A DNA stretch of 63,942 nucleotides, the filler included. It is 4 parts of 4 records of this genome, joined end to end, with 100 filler letters (N's around TTAATTAATTAA, not from the genome) between each part and the next. Parts side by side here need not be neighbours in the genome. Positions count along the whole stretch, not along the records: positions 26,710 to 43,363 come from SRR20825019_682; positions 43,464 to 57,549 come from SRR20825019_688; 2 more parts are not named here. One strand, given 5' to 3'. The notes beneath the pieces are model-generated. The model was not told the DNA's origin. It saw only the letters and a program-made list of their open reading frames with translations, and made no database searches. Made by a program: the position numbers and the translations under genes. Shown here piece by piece: positions 41,155 to 51,641 of the stretch (the first letter of the stretch is position 1; each line of letters opens with the position of its first letter).

Positions 41155-42152
41155 GCCCCGCCCTCCCCGCCATCATCATCCAGCCCCGGCAGGGCCAGCG
41201 GTTCGGCCTCGAGCCCCTGCTGCAGGCACCAATAGACCAGCGCATCCTCGCGCCCATGTGTCACCCAGACCGTGCTCGCGCCGCTGTCCAGGATCGAACT
41301 GTTGAGCTCGCCCCAGTCGCAATGGTCGGAGATCACCAGCGGCAGTTCCACCAAGGCCTGGCGCGCCCGCTGCTTGATGCTCATCCAGCCCGAAGCCTGG
41401 CAGACCACCGGATCGGGAAAGCGCCGGCTCCACCGGTCACGGATGGCAGAAGGCGGCGCAATGACGATCTGCCCGGCCATGGCGGGTTTGGGCATGCCGG
41501 TCGCCGGCAGCAACTCGCCCAGCGCCACGCCCAACGTCTCATAGAGTGCGCACAGCTCGATCATCGCGCCATGGAGATAGATCGGCCGGTCCCAGCCCGC
41601 ATCGCGCAACAGCGCAATGACCCGCTGTGCCTTGCCCAGCGCATAGCACCCCACCAGATGGCAGCGCTCGGGCTGATCGGCCACCGATTTGAGCAGCCGC
41701 GCAATTTCGTCCTGCGGCGCGGGATGCTGGAAGACCGGCAGGCCAAACGTGGCTTCGGTGACCAGCAGGTCGCAATCGACCGCCTCATAGGGCTCGGCCG
41801 TGCGGTCCGGCAGACGCTTGTAGTCGCCGGTGACCAATGCGCGCTGTCCCTCGGCTTCGACAAGTACTTGCGCCGAACCCAGGATATGCCCGGCGGGATG
41901 CAGGCTCACCTTGGCTCCGTCCATGGTCAGCACCTCACCAAAGCGCAGCGGCTCGAACCGCCCGGCGCAGTCTGCGCCATAGCGGACCTGCATGATGGCG
42001 ATGGTTTCCGGCGTTGCCAGCACCGCCCCATGGCCCGACCGAGCATGGTCGGCATGGCCATGAGTGATGATGGCGCGCGGCTTCGGTTCGCCTGGATCAA
42101 TCCAGGCGTCGATGGCGGGCACGTAGAGATTGCGGTCGAGGATGAAGCTCAT
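41151..42152 (-). CDS. Ligase-associated metallo-beta-lactamase/beta-CASP exonuclease
   Basis: ITHGHADHA, PAGHILGSAQ, GDYKR, EATFGLP, SDHCDW, VTHG; GTGA overlap with the ligase. Confidence 0.92.
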   Translation of the reverse strand: MSFILDRNLYVPAIDAWIDPGEPKPRAIITHGHADHARSGHGAVLATPETIAIMQVRYGADCAGRFEPLRFGEVLTMDGAKVSLHPAGHILGSAQVLVEAEGQRALVTGDYKRLPDRTAEPYEAVDCDLLVTEATFGLPVFQHPAPQDEIARLLKSVADQPERCHLVGCYALGKAQRVIALLRDAGWDRPIYLHGAMIELCALYETLGVALGELLPATGMPKPAMAGQIVIAPPSAIRDRWSRRFPDPVVCQASGWMSIKQRARQALVELPLVISDHCDWGELNSSILDSGASTVWVTHGREDALVYWCLQQGLEAEPLALPGLDDDGGEGGA

Positions 42153-42312
42153 GGTTCTATCAAAACGCAGCGATGCGAGACCCGGTTCACGCTTTCACCG
42201 CCGCTTTTGCACCCTGCCAGCGCCAGTCGGTGTCAGCATGGCGCCGGCCCGCGATCCGCCCTTGCCTTATCAATCGCATTGTTCCAGACCGGATGAAAAC
42301 GAGGAGCCCGCC

Positions 42313-43320
42313 ATGCGCAAGACGACCCACGCCCCCGGCACCATCCATCGCCTGACCATCCAGAGCAAGGCGCTGGCCAATAACCGCCTCGGCGATGACA
42401 CGACGCGCATTGTCGATGTCTATGTGCCCGCCGGCCATGACGGCAAGGATCTGCCGCTGCTGGTTGATCTTGTCGGCTATACGGCTGGCGGTCCGGCCCA
42501 TACGGCCTGGAAGGCCTTTACCGAAAATGTGCCCGAACGCCTCGACCGCCTGATCGGTGAGGGCAAGATGGCGCCGGTGGTGGTCGCCTTCCCCGATTGC
42601 TTCACCCGGCTGGGCGGCAATCAGTATGTGAACTCTCCGGTGATGGGGAATTACGAGGACTTCCTGATCGAGGAAATGCTGCCGGCGGTGGAAAGCAAAT
42701 TTTCCTGCGGCGGCACAGGCCGGCGCGGAGTGTTCGGCAAATCATCAGGCGGGTTTGGTAGCCTCGTCCACGCCATGCGCCACCCCGATGTATGGGCCGC
42801 CGCCGCCAGCCATTCCGGCGATGCCGGGTTTGAGCACCTCTACCTTGCGGGTTTTCCGGACGTCCTGATGGCCCTGGCCAAGAAGGACAATTCCATCGAG
42901 GAGTGGATGAAGGCCTTCGAGGCCAAGCCCAAGCTTGACGGCAAGGACACCATGACGCTGATGTTCCTCTGCCAGGCCGCCAGCTTCGATCCCGATCCCG
43001 ACGCCTATCTGGGCCTGAGGCTGCCGGTGACGCTCGACACCTGCGAGATCATCGCCGAACGCTGGGAAAACTGGCTCGCCTGGGACCCAGCCCTGATGGT
43101 CAAGTCGCACGCCGATGCCATCGGCAAGCTGAAAGGCTTCTTCCTCGATTGCGGCACCGAGGACCAATACGCGATCCTTTACGGCACCAGACGCATCCAC
43201 AAGGCGCTCGAGCAGCGCGGCATCGCCCATCGCTACGAGGAATTCCCCGACAACCATTCCGGCGTCGATTACCGCATGGATGTCAGCCTGCCTTATCTGG
43301 CGGAGGTGTTGAGCCAGTAG
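42313..43320 (+). CDS. Alpha/beta-hydrolase, enterochelin-esterase-like
   Basis: GKSSGG nucleophile elbow, DCGTEDQ, DNHS; start MRKTT after GAGGAG. Confidence 0.85.
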   Translation: MRKTTHAPGTIHRLTIQSKALANNRLGDDTTRIVDVYVPAGHDGKDLPLLVDLVGYTAGGPAHTAWKAFTENVPERLDRLIGEGKMAPVVVAFPDCFTRLGGNQYVNSPVMGNYEDFLIEEMLPAVESKFSCGGTGRRGVFGKSSGGFGSLVHAMRHPDVWAAAASHSGDAGFEHLYLAGFPDVLMALAKKDNSIEEWMKAFEAKPKLDGKDTMTLMFLCQAASFDPDPDAYLGLRLPVTLDTCEIIAERWENWLAWDPALMVKSHADAIGKLKGFFLDCGTEDQYAILYGTRRIHKALEQRGIAHRYEEFPDNHSGVDYRMDVSLPYLAEVLSQ

Positions 43321-43325
43321 GTCAA

Positions 43326-43363
43326 CCCATCTTCCCTCTCCCCTTGTGGGAGAGGGTGGATCG
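43326..43363. repeat. Start of an alphaproteobacterial palindromic intergenic repeat at the contig end
   Basis: CCCTCTCCC-CTTGT-GGGAGAGGG hairpin immediately before the assembly break. Confidence 0.7.
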
Positions 43364-43463
43364 NNNNNNNNNNNNNNNNNNNNNNNNNNNNNNNNNNNNN
43401 NNNNNNNTTAATTAATTAANNNNNNNNNNNNNNNNNNNNNNNNNNNNNNNNNNNNNNNNNNNN
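43364..43463. other. Artificial contig spacer
   Basis: Same 100-nt N/TTAATTAATTAA/N structure. Confidence 0.98.
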
Positions 43464-43562
43464 CTGCAGGCCGCCCTATCGCGAGAGGAATGGCCATGAT
43501 TATGCCGGAGGTTCTGGGCACGGGGATAAAAAGTTGAAAGGGGTTTGGTGATGGCCGACCGC

Positions 43563-43603
43563 GTTCTCCGGGGCCTTGCTTTGCAAGGCGCCTCAGGATG
43601 AGG
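43563..43603 (-). repeat. Degenerate REP-like element related to the 34209-34330 pair
   Basis: Minus strand CCTCATCCTGAGGC-GCCTTGC-AAA-GCAAGGC; same inner hairpin as 34297-34312. Confidence 0.55.
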
Positions 43604-43623
43604 ACCAATGACGGGCTAGCGCC

Positions 43624-46284
43624 TCACCCCACCAGCTTGTGGTGCCCCTTGAGCAGGAATTTTTCCAGCGCGTCGCGGCTCATTGGCCGGGCCAGGGCAT
43701 AGCCTTGCAGCACTTCGCAGCCCAGGCCGCGGAGGATTTCGGCGTGTTCCATGGTTTCCACGCCCTCGGCGACGATCTCGATATCCATGGATTTGCCGAT
43801 ATCGACAATGGACGCCACGAGCTGGCGCTGGGCCGGTTCATGCAGGATCGGGTTGATCAGTTGGCGATCAATCTTGAGGCGGCGTGGATGCAGCTTCTGC
43901 AGGGAAACAATCGAGGCATAGCCGGTGCCGAAATCATCGATCTCGACATCGATGCCGAGCTCCTTGATCTGGTCGATATTCCAGGCGACCACCCCGTCGC
44001 TTTCATCAAGATAGATCGATTCCACCAGTTCAAAGGCCAGGCGCCCAGGCTGCAGGGGCAGGGCGCGCAGGCTTTCCACCAGCCCCTCGTCATGCAGGCG
44101 CCGGAGCGAAACATTGACCGAGACGCGCGGCACATTGAAGCCCTTGGCATCCCAGCGGGCCAGGTCGGCCAGCGCCTGATCCAGGATCAGCTTGTCGATC
44201 TGGGAAACAACATTGAGCTCTTCGGCCACGTCCATGAAGTGGTCGGGCGTCTTGATCGTGCCGTCGGCATGGTTCCAGCGGGCCAGGGCCTCGACGCCGA
44301 TCAGCTCCAGCGTCTGGGCGTCGAACTGGGGCTGGTAGAAGGCAAAGAAAGCGTCGTTATCCAGGCCCATGAGAATTTCGTCGGCCACCCGCTTGGTGCG
44401 AACCACCTCGGCCTGCAGCGCTTCGGTGAAGAACTCATGGCGGTTGCGGCCCAGCGCCTTGGCGCGATAGAGCGCAATATCGGCATTGACCAGCAATTGG
44501 TTGACATTGATGTCCGCCGTGCGGGACACCGCCACCCCGATGCTGACCCCGAAGCGCACTTCATGGCCTTCATGCTGGGCCGGGCGGCGCATTTCGCGCA
44601 CGATGCGGTCGGCCATCAGATGCAGATGCGCGTCGCTCGGACCGGCGCTCGAGACGATGACGAATTCGTCCCCGCCAATGCGGGCGACAAAATCGGTCTC
44701 GCGGCAATTGGCGCGCAGCACCTTGCTGGCATGGATCAGCATGGCGTCGCCCGCGGCGTGGCCAAGCGTGTCGTTGATCTGCTTGAAGCGATCCAGGTCA
44801 ATATGGAGCAGGGCGATCGAGCCGCAACCATGGAACCCGTCGGCGGCGTGCAGCTTGAGGATCTCGTCGAGATAGCGCCGGTTCGGTAGGCCGGTCAGGC
44901 TGTCATGCAGCGCATTGTGCTCGATGCGGATGCGGGCCGCTTCCAGATCATTGCTGCGCGTCTCGGCCTGCTGCTTGGCCCGGCGCAGATCGTCATTGAG
45001 CCTGACGTCATTGGTGACGTCCCAATTGACGCCGATGACCTTGTCCGGCTGGCCCGGTTCGCTGTGCAGCGCCCCCACCGAGCGCACATAGCGCAGCGTG
45101 CCATCGGAATGGAGCACCCGGTAATCGGTTTCATAATAGCCTGAGGCAATCTGCGCCCGGAAGGTGGCCTCGGCCCGTTCGCGGTCCTCCGGATGCACCG
45201 CCTGTGTCCAGTGCTCGTGGTTGCGCGGGGCACCGTCCGCGGGCAGGCCATAGATCTCGTTATTACGCTCGTCCCAGGTCTCGGTGTCGGTGGACATGTC
45301 CAACTCCCACACACCCACCTTGGACACTGCAAGGGCAAGGTTCAGGCGCCGGGTGAGGCGCGCCAGTTCGCTTTCGCGCACGCCCAGCTCGCGAATATGC
45401 TCATGGCGCTCGCGGATCATGCGGCCGGTCACCACGATGGGGAACAGGATCAGCGCGCCTGCGGCAAGGATCAGCCCGCGCAGCGACCAGGTGGAGACCG
45501 GATCGGCGGCCCAGCCCTGTTTGGGCACGGCCGCGATCTCCCAGCTTCCCGAAGGTAGGACAACGCTGGCCGTCACCGGGTCGGCATCGCTGAGGTCCGG
45601 CCCGAAAAAGCGCGTGCCGGTGCCCCCCGTGCCGTCTCGGCCGGTGATCGAGATGTCGAGCCCCAGGTCCGGATCAAGCAATCCGCTATCGGCGTAGAGC
45701 TTCTGCACATCCACTACGGCGGAGACCAGGCCCCAGAACCGGCGATCATCCTCCGAACCGGTAAAGACCGGGAAGCGGCCGACAAAGCCCTGCCCGCCCT
45801 GCACCAGATCAACGGGCCCGGCGATATTGAGTGTGGCGGTTTCCAGCACTGCCCGCACGGCCGGCCATTGCGCCGGCACGTGGCGATAGTTGAGCCCGAT
45901 GGCGGCTTCATTGCCGGCCAGCGGATGGGTCATGGTAATGATCAGGTCCGGCGCCGCGGCGACCGAACGCAACTGGCTGCCTTCTTCGAAGATATTGCTG
46001 ACCAGGGCATCATAGCGCGCCTGGTCCATGTCCGGTTCGGTGGAAATGACTGCGACCAGCCCCTTGATGAGCTGGATATTGCCTGCCACATGGCCTTCGA
46101 GCTTGGCCCGGATCACCGAAATCTTGTTGAGCGCGTCCGAACGCAGATTGGTTTCGGCAATCTGCTGGTTCTGCCGGTCCACCAGTATGGCGGCAACCAG
46201 CATGGCGACAAGCGCGAGCAGGACCGGAATGGCCATGGTGCGGCGCCAGTCGCCGCGATGCTCCGCTTGTCGTTCCTCGTTCAT
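43624..46284 (-). CDS. Membrane c-di-GMP enzyme: CHASE-PAS-GGDEF-EAL
   Basis: Two TM segments flanking GPVDLVQGG (CHASE); VGVWE..VHPEDR..GVNWDVT (PAS); RETD I-site and GGDEF; VEALARW, DDFGTGYAS, VAEGVET, LQGY. Confidence 0.93.
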   Translation of the reverse strand: MNEERQAEHRGDWRRTMAIPVLLALVAMLVAAILVDRQNQQIAETNLRSDALNKISVIRAKLEGHVAGNIQLIKGLVAVISTEPDMDQARYDALVSNIFEEGSQLRSVAAAPDLIITMTHPLAGNEAAIGLNYRHVPAQWPAVRAVLETATLNIAGPVDLVQGGQGFVGRFPVFTGSEDDRRFWGLVSAVVDVQKLYADSGLLDPDLGLDISITGRDGTGGTGTRFFGPDLSDADPVTASVVLPSGSWEIAAVPKQGWAADPVSTWSLRGLILAAGALILFPIVVTGRMIRERHEHIRELGVRESELARLTRRLNLALAVSKVGVWELDMSTDTETWDERNNEIYGLPADGAPRNHEHWTQAVHPEDRERAEATFRAQIASGYYETDYRVLHSDGTLRYVRSVGALHSEPGQPDKVIGVNWDVTNDVRLNDDLRRAKQQAETRSNDLEAARIRIEHNALHDSLTGLPNRRYLDEILKLHAADGFHGCGSIALLHIDLDRFKQINDTLGHAAGDAMLIHASKVLRANCRETDFVARIGGDEFVIVSSAGPSDAHLHLMADRIVREMRRPAQHEGHEVRFGVSIGVAVSRTADINVNQLLVNADIALYRAKALGRNRHEFFTEALQAEVVRTKRVADEILMGLDNDAFFAFYQPQFDAQTLELIGVEALARWNHADGTIKTPDHFMDVAEELNVVSQIDKLILDQALADLARWDAKGFNVPRVSVNVSLRRLHDEGLVESLRALPLQPGRLAFELVESIYLDESDGVVAWNIDQIKELGIDVEIDDFGTGYASIVSLQKLHPRRLKIDRQLINPILHEPAQRQLVASIVDIGKSMDIEIVAEGVETMEHAEILRGLGCEVLQGYALARPMSRDALEKFLLKGHHKLVG

Positions 46285-46410
46285 CCCGCTGCCTAAATGC
46301 CTGCGACACGTTCTGTGTCAGGAAAAGACCTTAGGCAGGGGATGCTTGACGAGGTGCTTACCGCGCCGGGGAGTTGCTGGCGTGGTAAACCAAGAGCAAA
46401 CGAAACCGTG

Positions 46411-47313
46411 TCAGGGCACGACGGTCTTGATGATCGAGGCGTCGAGCGCCTCATAATCATGCAGCCCGATCACGTCATAGAGCTCCTGGCGCGTCTGCAT
46501 TTCCTCGAGCATGGCCTTGGTGCCGCCATCGCGCAGAATAGTCGCGTAGAGCTTTTCCTGCGCCTTGTTGGCAACGCGCAGCGACGACACCGGCCAGATC
46601 ACCATGGAATAGCCCAGGGCCTCGAATTCGGACGCGGTCTGGTAAGGCGTGCGGCCAAATTCGGTCATATTGGCCAGCAGCTTGACGCCCGGCATGGCCT
46701 TGGCGAAGTCGCGGAACATGTCGATGCTGGTCAGCGCTTCGGGGAAGATCGCATCGGCGCCGGCCTCGATATAGAGCTTGGCGCGGGCCACGGCGCCGTC
46801 CAGACCTTCGCTTGCGGCTGCATCGGTGCGGGCGATGATCACCATGTCGCGGCGGGCCTTGGCGGCAGCGGCGACCTTGGCGGCCATGTCATGGGCATCG
46901 GCCAGTTTCTTGTCGTTGAGATGCCCGCATTTCTTGGGCAGCAACTGGTCTTCCAGATGCACCGCGCCGGCGCCGGCTTCCTCGAAGGTGCGCACCATGT
47001 GCATGACATTGAGCGCCTCGCCATAGCCGGTATCGCCGTCCACGAGGAGCGGAAGCCCGGAGGCGCGGGCGATCTGGCGGATGAAGAAGGCGACTTCATC
47101 CACGGTGATGACGCCCAGATCGGGCAGGCCCATCGAGGCGGTCATGGCGGCGCCGGAGAGATACAGGCCCTCAAAGCCGGCATTTTTGGCCTGAATGGCG
47201 GCATGGCCATTATGCGCGCCGGGCAATTGCAGGATCTGCGGGCGGTTCAACAAAACGCGAAAACGGCTGCCGGCGCTGGTCGCGGGCAGGTCGGCGGAAA
47301 CGAGATAGGGCAT
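46411..47313 (-). CDS. prpB: 2-methylisocitrate lyase
   Basis: LPDLG, DGDTGYG, KKCGH, LANMTEFG; start MPYLV 5 nt after the prpC stop. Confidence 0.93.
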   Translation of the reverse strand: MPYLVSADLPATSAGSRFRVLLNRPQILQLPGAHNGHAAIQAKNAGFEGLYLSGAAMTASMGLPDLGVITVDEVAFFIRQIARASGLPLLVDGDTGYGEALNVMHMVRTFEEAGAGAVHLEDQLLPKKCGHLNDKKLADAHDMAAKVAAAAKARRDMVIIARTDAAASEGLDGAVARAKLYIEAGADAIFPEALTSIDMFRDFAKAMPGVKLLANMTEFGRTPYQTASEFEALGYSMVIWPVSSLRVANKAQEKLYATILRDGGTKAMLEEMQTRQELYDVIGLHDYEALDASIIKTVVP

Positions 47314-47318
47314 GGGCC

Positions 47319-48473
47319 TCAGGCCTCCTTGCGATCCTTGAGCGGCACGAAGGCGAGGTCTTCGGGCCCGGTGTAATTGGCCGATGGGCGGATGATCTTG
47401 CCATCCTGGCGCTGCTCGATCACATGCGCCGACCAGCCCGAGGTGCGGGCAATGACGAAGAGCGGGGTGAACATGGCGGTGGGCACGCCCATCAGATTGT
47501 AGGAGACGGCGCTGAACCAATCCAGGTTCGGAAACATCTTCTTGGCGTCCATCATCACGCTTTCGATGCGCTCGGCAATTGCATATTGGCGGCCTGCCCC
47601 TGCCTTGTCGGCAAGGCTTTTGGCGACACGCTTGATGACCACGTTGCGCGGATCGGAAACGGTATAGACCGGGTGGCCGAAGCCGATGATGACTTGCTTG
47701 TTGGCGACACGTTCGCGGATATCGGCCTCCGCCTCATCGGGGGAGGCGTAGCGCTCCTGGATCTGGAAGGCGACCTCATTGGCCCCGCCATGCTTGGGGC
47801 CGCGCAGGGCGCCGATGGCGCCGGCAATGGCCGAATACATGTCCGAGCCCGTGCCGGCGATGACGCGCGCGGCAAAGGTCGAGGCGTTGAACTCATGTTC
47901 GGCATAAAGGATGAGCGAGGTGTGCATGGCCCGCACCCAATCCGCCTCGGGTGTCTTGCCATGCAGCAGGGTCAGGAAGTGGCCGCCGATGGAGTCATCG
48001 TCGGTTTCGACTTCGATGCGGCGGCCATTATGGGCGAAATGGTACCAATAGAGCAGCATGGACCCGAGCGAGGCCATCAGCCGATCGGCAATGGCGCGGG
48101 CGTCGGGGGCATTGTGGTCGTGGCTTTCGGGCAGGGTGCAGCCGAGCACCGAAACGCCGGTGCGCATCACGTCCATCGGATGGGCGGCCGCGGGCAGGGC
48201 CTCGAGCGCGGCGCGCACGGCCTGGGGCAGACCGCGCATGGATTTGAGCCGCGCCTTGTAGGCGGTCAACTGGGCCTGCGTGGGCAGGGTGCCATGAACG
48301 AGCAGGTGGGCGACCTCCTCGAACTCGCTGGTTTCGGCCAGGTCGAGAATGTCATAGCCGCGATAATGCAGGTCATTGCCGGTACGCCCCACGGTGCAGA
48401 GCGCCGTATTGCCGGCGGTGACGCCCGAGAGGGCAACGGATTTCTTGGGTTTGAAGCCTGGTGCTTCGGTCAT
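47319..48473 (-). CDS. prpC: 2-methylcitrate synthase
   Basis: [43 protein letters not shown]. Confidence 0.95.
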   Translation of the reverse strand: MTEAPGFKPKKSVALSGVTAGNTALCTVGRTGNDLHYRGYDILDLAETSEFEEVAHLLVHGTLPTQAQLTAYKARLKSMRGLPQAVRAALEALPAAAHPMDVMRTGVSVLGCTLPESHDHNAPDARAIADRLMASLGSMLLYWYHFAHNGRRIEVETDDDSIGGHFLTLLHGKTPEADWVRAMHTSLILYAEHEFNASTFAARVIAGTGSDMYSAIAGAIGALRGPKHGGANEVAFQIQERYASPDEAEADIRERVANKQVIIGFGHPVYTVSDPRNVVIKRVAKSLADKAGAGRQYAIAERIESVMMDAKKMFPNLDWFSAVSYNLMGVPTAMFTPLFVIARTSGWSAHVIEQRQDGKIIRPSANYTGPEDLAFVPLKDRKEA

Positions 48474-48484
48474 CTTCGCCTCCT

Positions 48485-49984
48485 TTAGAAGATCCCTGCG
48501 GGGGCTTCCGGGCCAAGCTGGTCCGGCGTCACCACGAAATTGAGCGCCTTGACCTCTGCCGAAGTCAGGGTGGGCAGGCGTTCGACCAGATCGAGGAACC
48601 GGTCCTGTTCCTCCCTTGAGACAATGCCCTCGCTGAGGGTGCGGAACTTCTCGATATAGTTGGCGCGCTTGAAGGGGCGGGCGCCATTGGGGTGGGCGTC
48701 GGCCACGCCCAGCTCGTCGGAAATCACCGAACCATCTTCCATGGTGACGATCACCTGCCCGCCATAGGCCATGTCCTCGCCCTTGGCGTGGTAGCGCTGG
48801 GTCCAGATCGGGTCTTCCTCGGTGGTGATCTTGTGCCAGAGCGCAACGGTTTCCGGGCGCTGGGCGCGCTCGGGGGCATAGCTGTTCACATGGTGCCAGC
48901 CGCCATCTTCCAGCGCCACCGCGAAGATATACATGATCGAGTGATCCAGCGTTTCGCGGCTGGCCTTGGGGTCCATCTTCTGGGGATCATTGGCGCCGGT
49001 GCCGATCACATAATGGGTGTGATGGCTGGTCTTGATCAGGATCGACTTGATCTTGGTCAGGTCTGCAATCTTGGGGCCCATGCGGCGGGCCAGATCGATC
49101 AGCGCCTGGCTCTGATACTCGGCCGAATATTCCTTGGTATAGGTGTCCAGAATCGCGCGCTTGGCTTCGCCCTGTTCCGGCAGGGGTACCTGGTAGAGTG
49201 CCTTGGGGCCGGACAGCAGCCAGGCGATGAAGCCGTCCTCGCCCTCATAGGCCGGCGAGGGCGCGCCTTCCCCGCGCATGGCACGGTCGACCGCCTCGAT
49301 GGCCATCTTGCCGGCAAAGGCCGGGGCATAGGCCTTCCAGGTCGAAATCTCGCCCTTGCGGGACTGGCGCGTGGTGGTCGTGGTGTGCAGGGCCTGCTGG
49401 ATCGCCTGATAGGTGATCTCGGTGGAGAGACCGAGCAGGGCACCAATGCCACCGGCCGCCGAGGGGCCGAGATGGGCGATATGGTCGATCTTGTGTTCGT
49501 GCAGGCAAATGCCTTTCACCAGATCGACCTGGATTTCATAGCCGGCGGCCAGGCCCCGCACGAGAGCTGCGCCGTCGAGCCCCTTGGTCTGCGCCACGGC
49601 CAGGATCGGCGGGATATTGTCGCCCGGATGGCTGTAATCGGCGGCAAGGAACGTGTCGTGGAAATCGAGTTCCCGCACCGCAACGCCATTGGCCCAGGCG
49701 GCCCATTCGGGCGACACCAGGGTGTCATCGCCCAGGCCGAAGATCGGGGCGCCACGATCTGACTTATGGCCCAGCGCCTGCGCACGGGCCGAGCGGATCG
49801 GGCCACGGGCGATGGAGGCGGCGGCAACGGCAGCATTGTCGATGATGCGGTTGCCGATCATCTCGACGACATCGTCCTCGACCGGCACCGGATCGGTCGC
49901 GACAGCGGCCAGCTTCCAGGCGAGCTGGTTCTCGCGCGGCAGGGGCTCGGCGGACTTGTAGGTGCGCACGTCGTGGATTTTCAT
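48485..49984 (-). CDS. prpD: 2-methylcitrate dehydratase (MmgE/PrpD)
   Basis: [28 protein letters not shown]; true start MKIHDV at 49984 with GGAGAG RBS (ORF track over-extends). Confidence 0.93.
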   Translation of the reverse strand: MKIHDVRTYKSAEPLPRENQLAWKLAAVATDPVPVEDDVVEMIGNRIIDNAAVAAASIARGPIRSARAQALGHKSDRGAPIFGLGDDTLVSPEWAAWANGVAVRELDFHDTFLAADYSHPGDNIPPILAVAQTKGLDGAALVRGLAAGYEIQVDLVKGICLHEHKIDHIAHLGPSAAGGIGALLGLSTEITYQAIQQALHTTTTTRQSRKGEISTWKAYAPAFAGKMAIEAVDRAMRGEGAPSPAYEGEDGFIAWLLSGPKALYQVPLPEQGEAKRAILDTYTKEYSAEYQSQALIDLARRMGPKIADLTKIKSILIKTSHHTHYVIGTGANDPQKMDPKASRETLDHSIMYIFAVALEDGGWHHVNSYAPERAQRPETVALWHKITTEEDPIWTQRYHAKGEDMAYGGQVIVTMEDGSVISDELGVADAHPNGARPFKRANYIEKFRTLSEGIVSREEQDRFLDLVERLPTLTSAEVKALNFVVTPDQLGPEAPAGIF

Positions 49985-50080
49985 GGCTGCTCTCCGTTCG
50001 GCAATTTTGCGGCGGACCATATAGGCAGAATGGGTCTGACCCAAGACAGGAAAAGGCAAGCCTGCTACAATCACACAAAG

Positions 50081-50110
50081 CAAAGTTTGCAATATTGTGG
50101 AGTTGTAAAG
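50081..50110. promoter_or_regulatory. Candidate PrpR/ScfR operator between divergent prpD and prpR
   Basis: AT-rich CAAAGTTTGCAATATTGTGGAGTTGTAAAG containing TTTGCAAT and TTGTAAAG, resembling the TTTGCAAA repeats bound by RamB/PccR-type regulators. Confidence 0.5.
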
Positions 50111-50111
50111 A

Positions 50112-51524
50112 TTGGCCCCGAAAAAGGTCTTTGCCGGTGCCCGTTTGCGGGCCCTGCGCGCCCAGCATCGCCTGACCCAGGCCGAGCTGGCGACGCGGCT
50201 CGACATCTCGGCGTCCTATGTCAACCAGCTCGAATCCAACCAGCGGCCGCTGACCGCCTCGGTGATGGTGGCGCTGGCCGAAAGCTTCAATCTCGATCTC
50301 TCCAGCCTGACCTCGGATGCTTCGGATCGCCTGGTGGTCGATCTGCGCGAAGCGCTGGCCGACCCGGTATTCGGTGATGCCGTGCCCAATCTGCAGGAAC
50401 TCAAGACCGTCGCCACCAGCGCCCCGGACATGGCCCGTGCGGTGCTCGCGCTTTATGGCGCCTATCGCAAGACCAATGAGACACTGGCCGGCATGGACGC
50501 GGCGCTGGCACGCGATCCGCAATCCAATGTGCAGACGGCCTATGAGGAAGTGCGCGACTTCTTCCACTATGCCGACAACTACATCGACCCCCTCGACCGC
50601 GCCGCCGAAACTCTTGCCGACGCGCTGGGCGAGATTGGCCCGGACCGGCTGCGCCGGCTGATCCAGCATTGTGCGGAAATGCACAATATCCGCGTCACCT
50701 TGGCGGCCCCGGCGCATGGCGACCGCATGACCGAGTTTGATCGCAAGAGCCGCGAGCTCTGGGTCAATGCCCATCTTGAACCGTCCAGCCAGTTCTTCCA
50801 GATCGCCACGGTGCTGTGTGGGCTGGAACAGGCGAGCCTGCTTGAAAGTCTGCTAGATGCCGCCAATTTTCAGGCCCCGGAGGCCCGGCCCATTGCCCGC
50901 ATGGGGCTGGCCAATTATTTCGCCGGCGCGGTGCAGATGCCCTATCGCGCCTTTCTCGCGGCGGCGGCCGAGCATCGCTTCGATATCGAGGAACTGGCGC
51001 GCGTCTTCGGCGCCAGCCTTGAACAGGTGGCCCATCGCCTCTCGACCATGCAGCGCTCCCGCGAGCGCGGCGTGCCGTTCTTTTTCGCCAGAGTTGATGC
51101 GGCGGGCACCATTACCAAGCGCCATTCGGCCACCGCCCTGCAATTTGCCCGTTTCGGCGGCGCCTGCCCCTTGTGGAACGTGCATCGGGCGTTTGAGGCG
51201 CATGGCCAGATCATAAGGCAATTGGCCGAGACGCCCGACGGCAAGCAATATCTGTGTCTCGCTTGGAGCCACGAAAAACGCCTGGGCGGTTATCGGGGGG
51301 TAACGCGGCGCTATGCCTATGCGCTGGGCTGCGAAATCACCCATGCCGGAAAACTGGTCTATGCCGATGACCTGGATCTGGCCAGGGCCCCGTTCGATCC
51401 AATCGGCGTCTCCTGCCGCATTTGCGAGCGCCGCAACTGCCCGCAACGCTCGGTGCCGCCCATGGCGGCGGGCATCTCGGTTCCGGCCGATAGACGGAGC
51501 GTGGTGCCGTATGAGATTGGGTGA
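50112..51524 (+). CDS. prpR: XRE-family short-chain fatty acyl-CoA regulator (PrpR/RamB/PccR type)
   Basis: [48 protein letters not shown]-terminal [12 protein letters not shown]. Confidence 0.9.
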   Translation: MAPKKVFAGARLRALRAQHRLTQAELATRLDISASYVNQLESNQRPLTASVMVALAESFNLDLSSLTSDASDRLVVDLREALADPVFGDAVPNLQELKTVATSAPDMARAVLALYGAYRKTNETLAGMDAALARDPQSNVQTAYEEVRDFFHYADNYIDPLDRAAETLADALGEIGPDRLRRLIQHCAEMHNIRVTLAAPAHGDRMTEFDRKSRELWVNAHLEPSSQFFQIATVLCGLEQASLLESLLDAANFQAPEARPIARMGLANYFAGAVQMPYRAFLAAAAEHRFDIEELARVFGASLEQVAHRLSTMQRSRERGVPFFFARVDAAGTITKRHSATALQFARFGGACPLWNVHRAFEAHGQIIRQLAETPDGKQYLCLAWSHEKRLGGYRGVTRRYAYALGCEITHAGKLVYADDLDLARAPFDPIGVSCRICERRNCPQRSVPPMAAGISVPADRRSVVPYEIG

Positions 51525-51641
51525 GTTTGCGGAGTGATCCCTGTGCCGGTTCGAAATCCGGACCATGCCCGAACACTGGTTTCACGCCGGTAGCAAGGCG
51601 CCTGGCATTCTCGGCGTAGCGGCCGGCCCGGCAATGACCGC

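Noticed and set aside
42153..42312. LexA (GTTC-N7-GTTC) box upstream of the exonuclease-ligase operon
   Set aside because: Isolated GTTC words are present but not with the 7-nt spacing.
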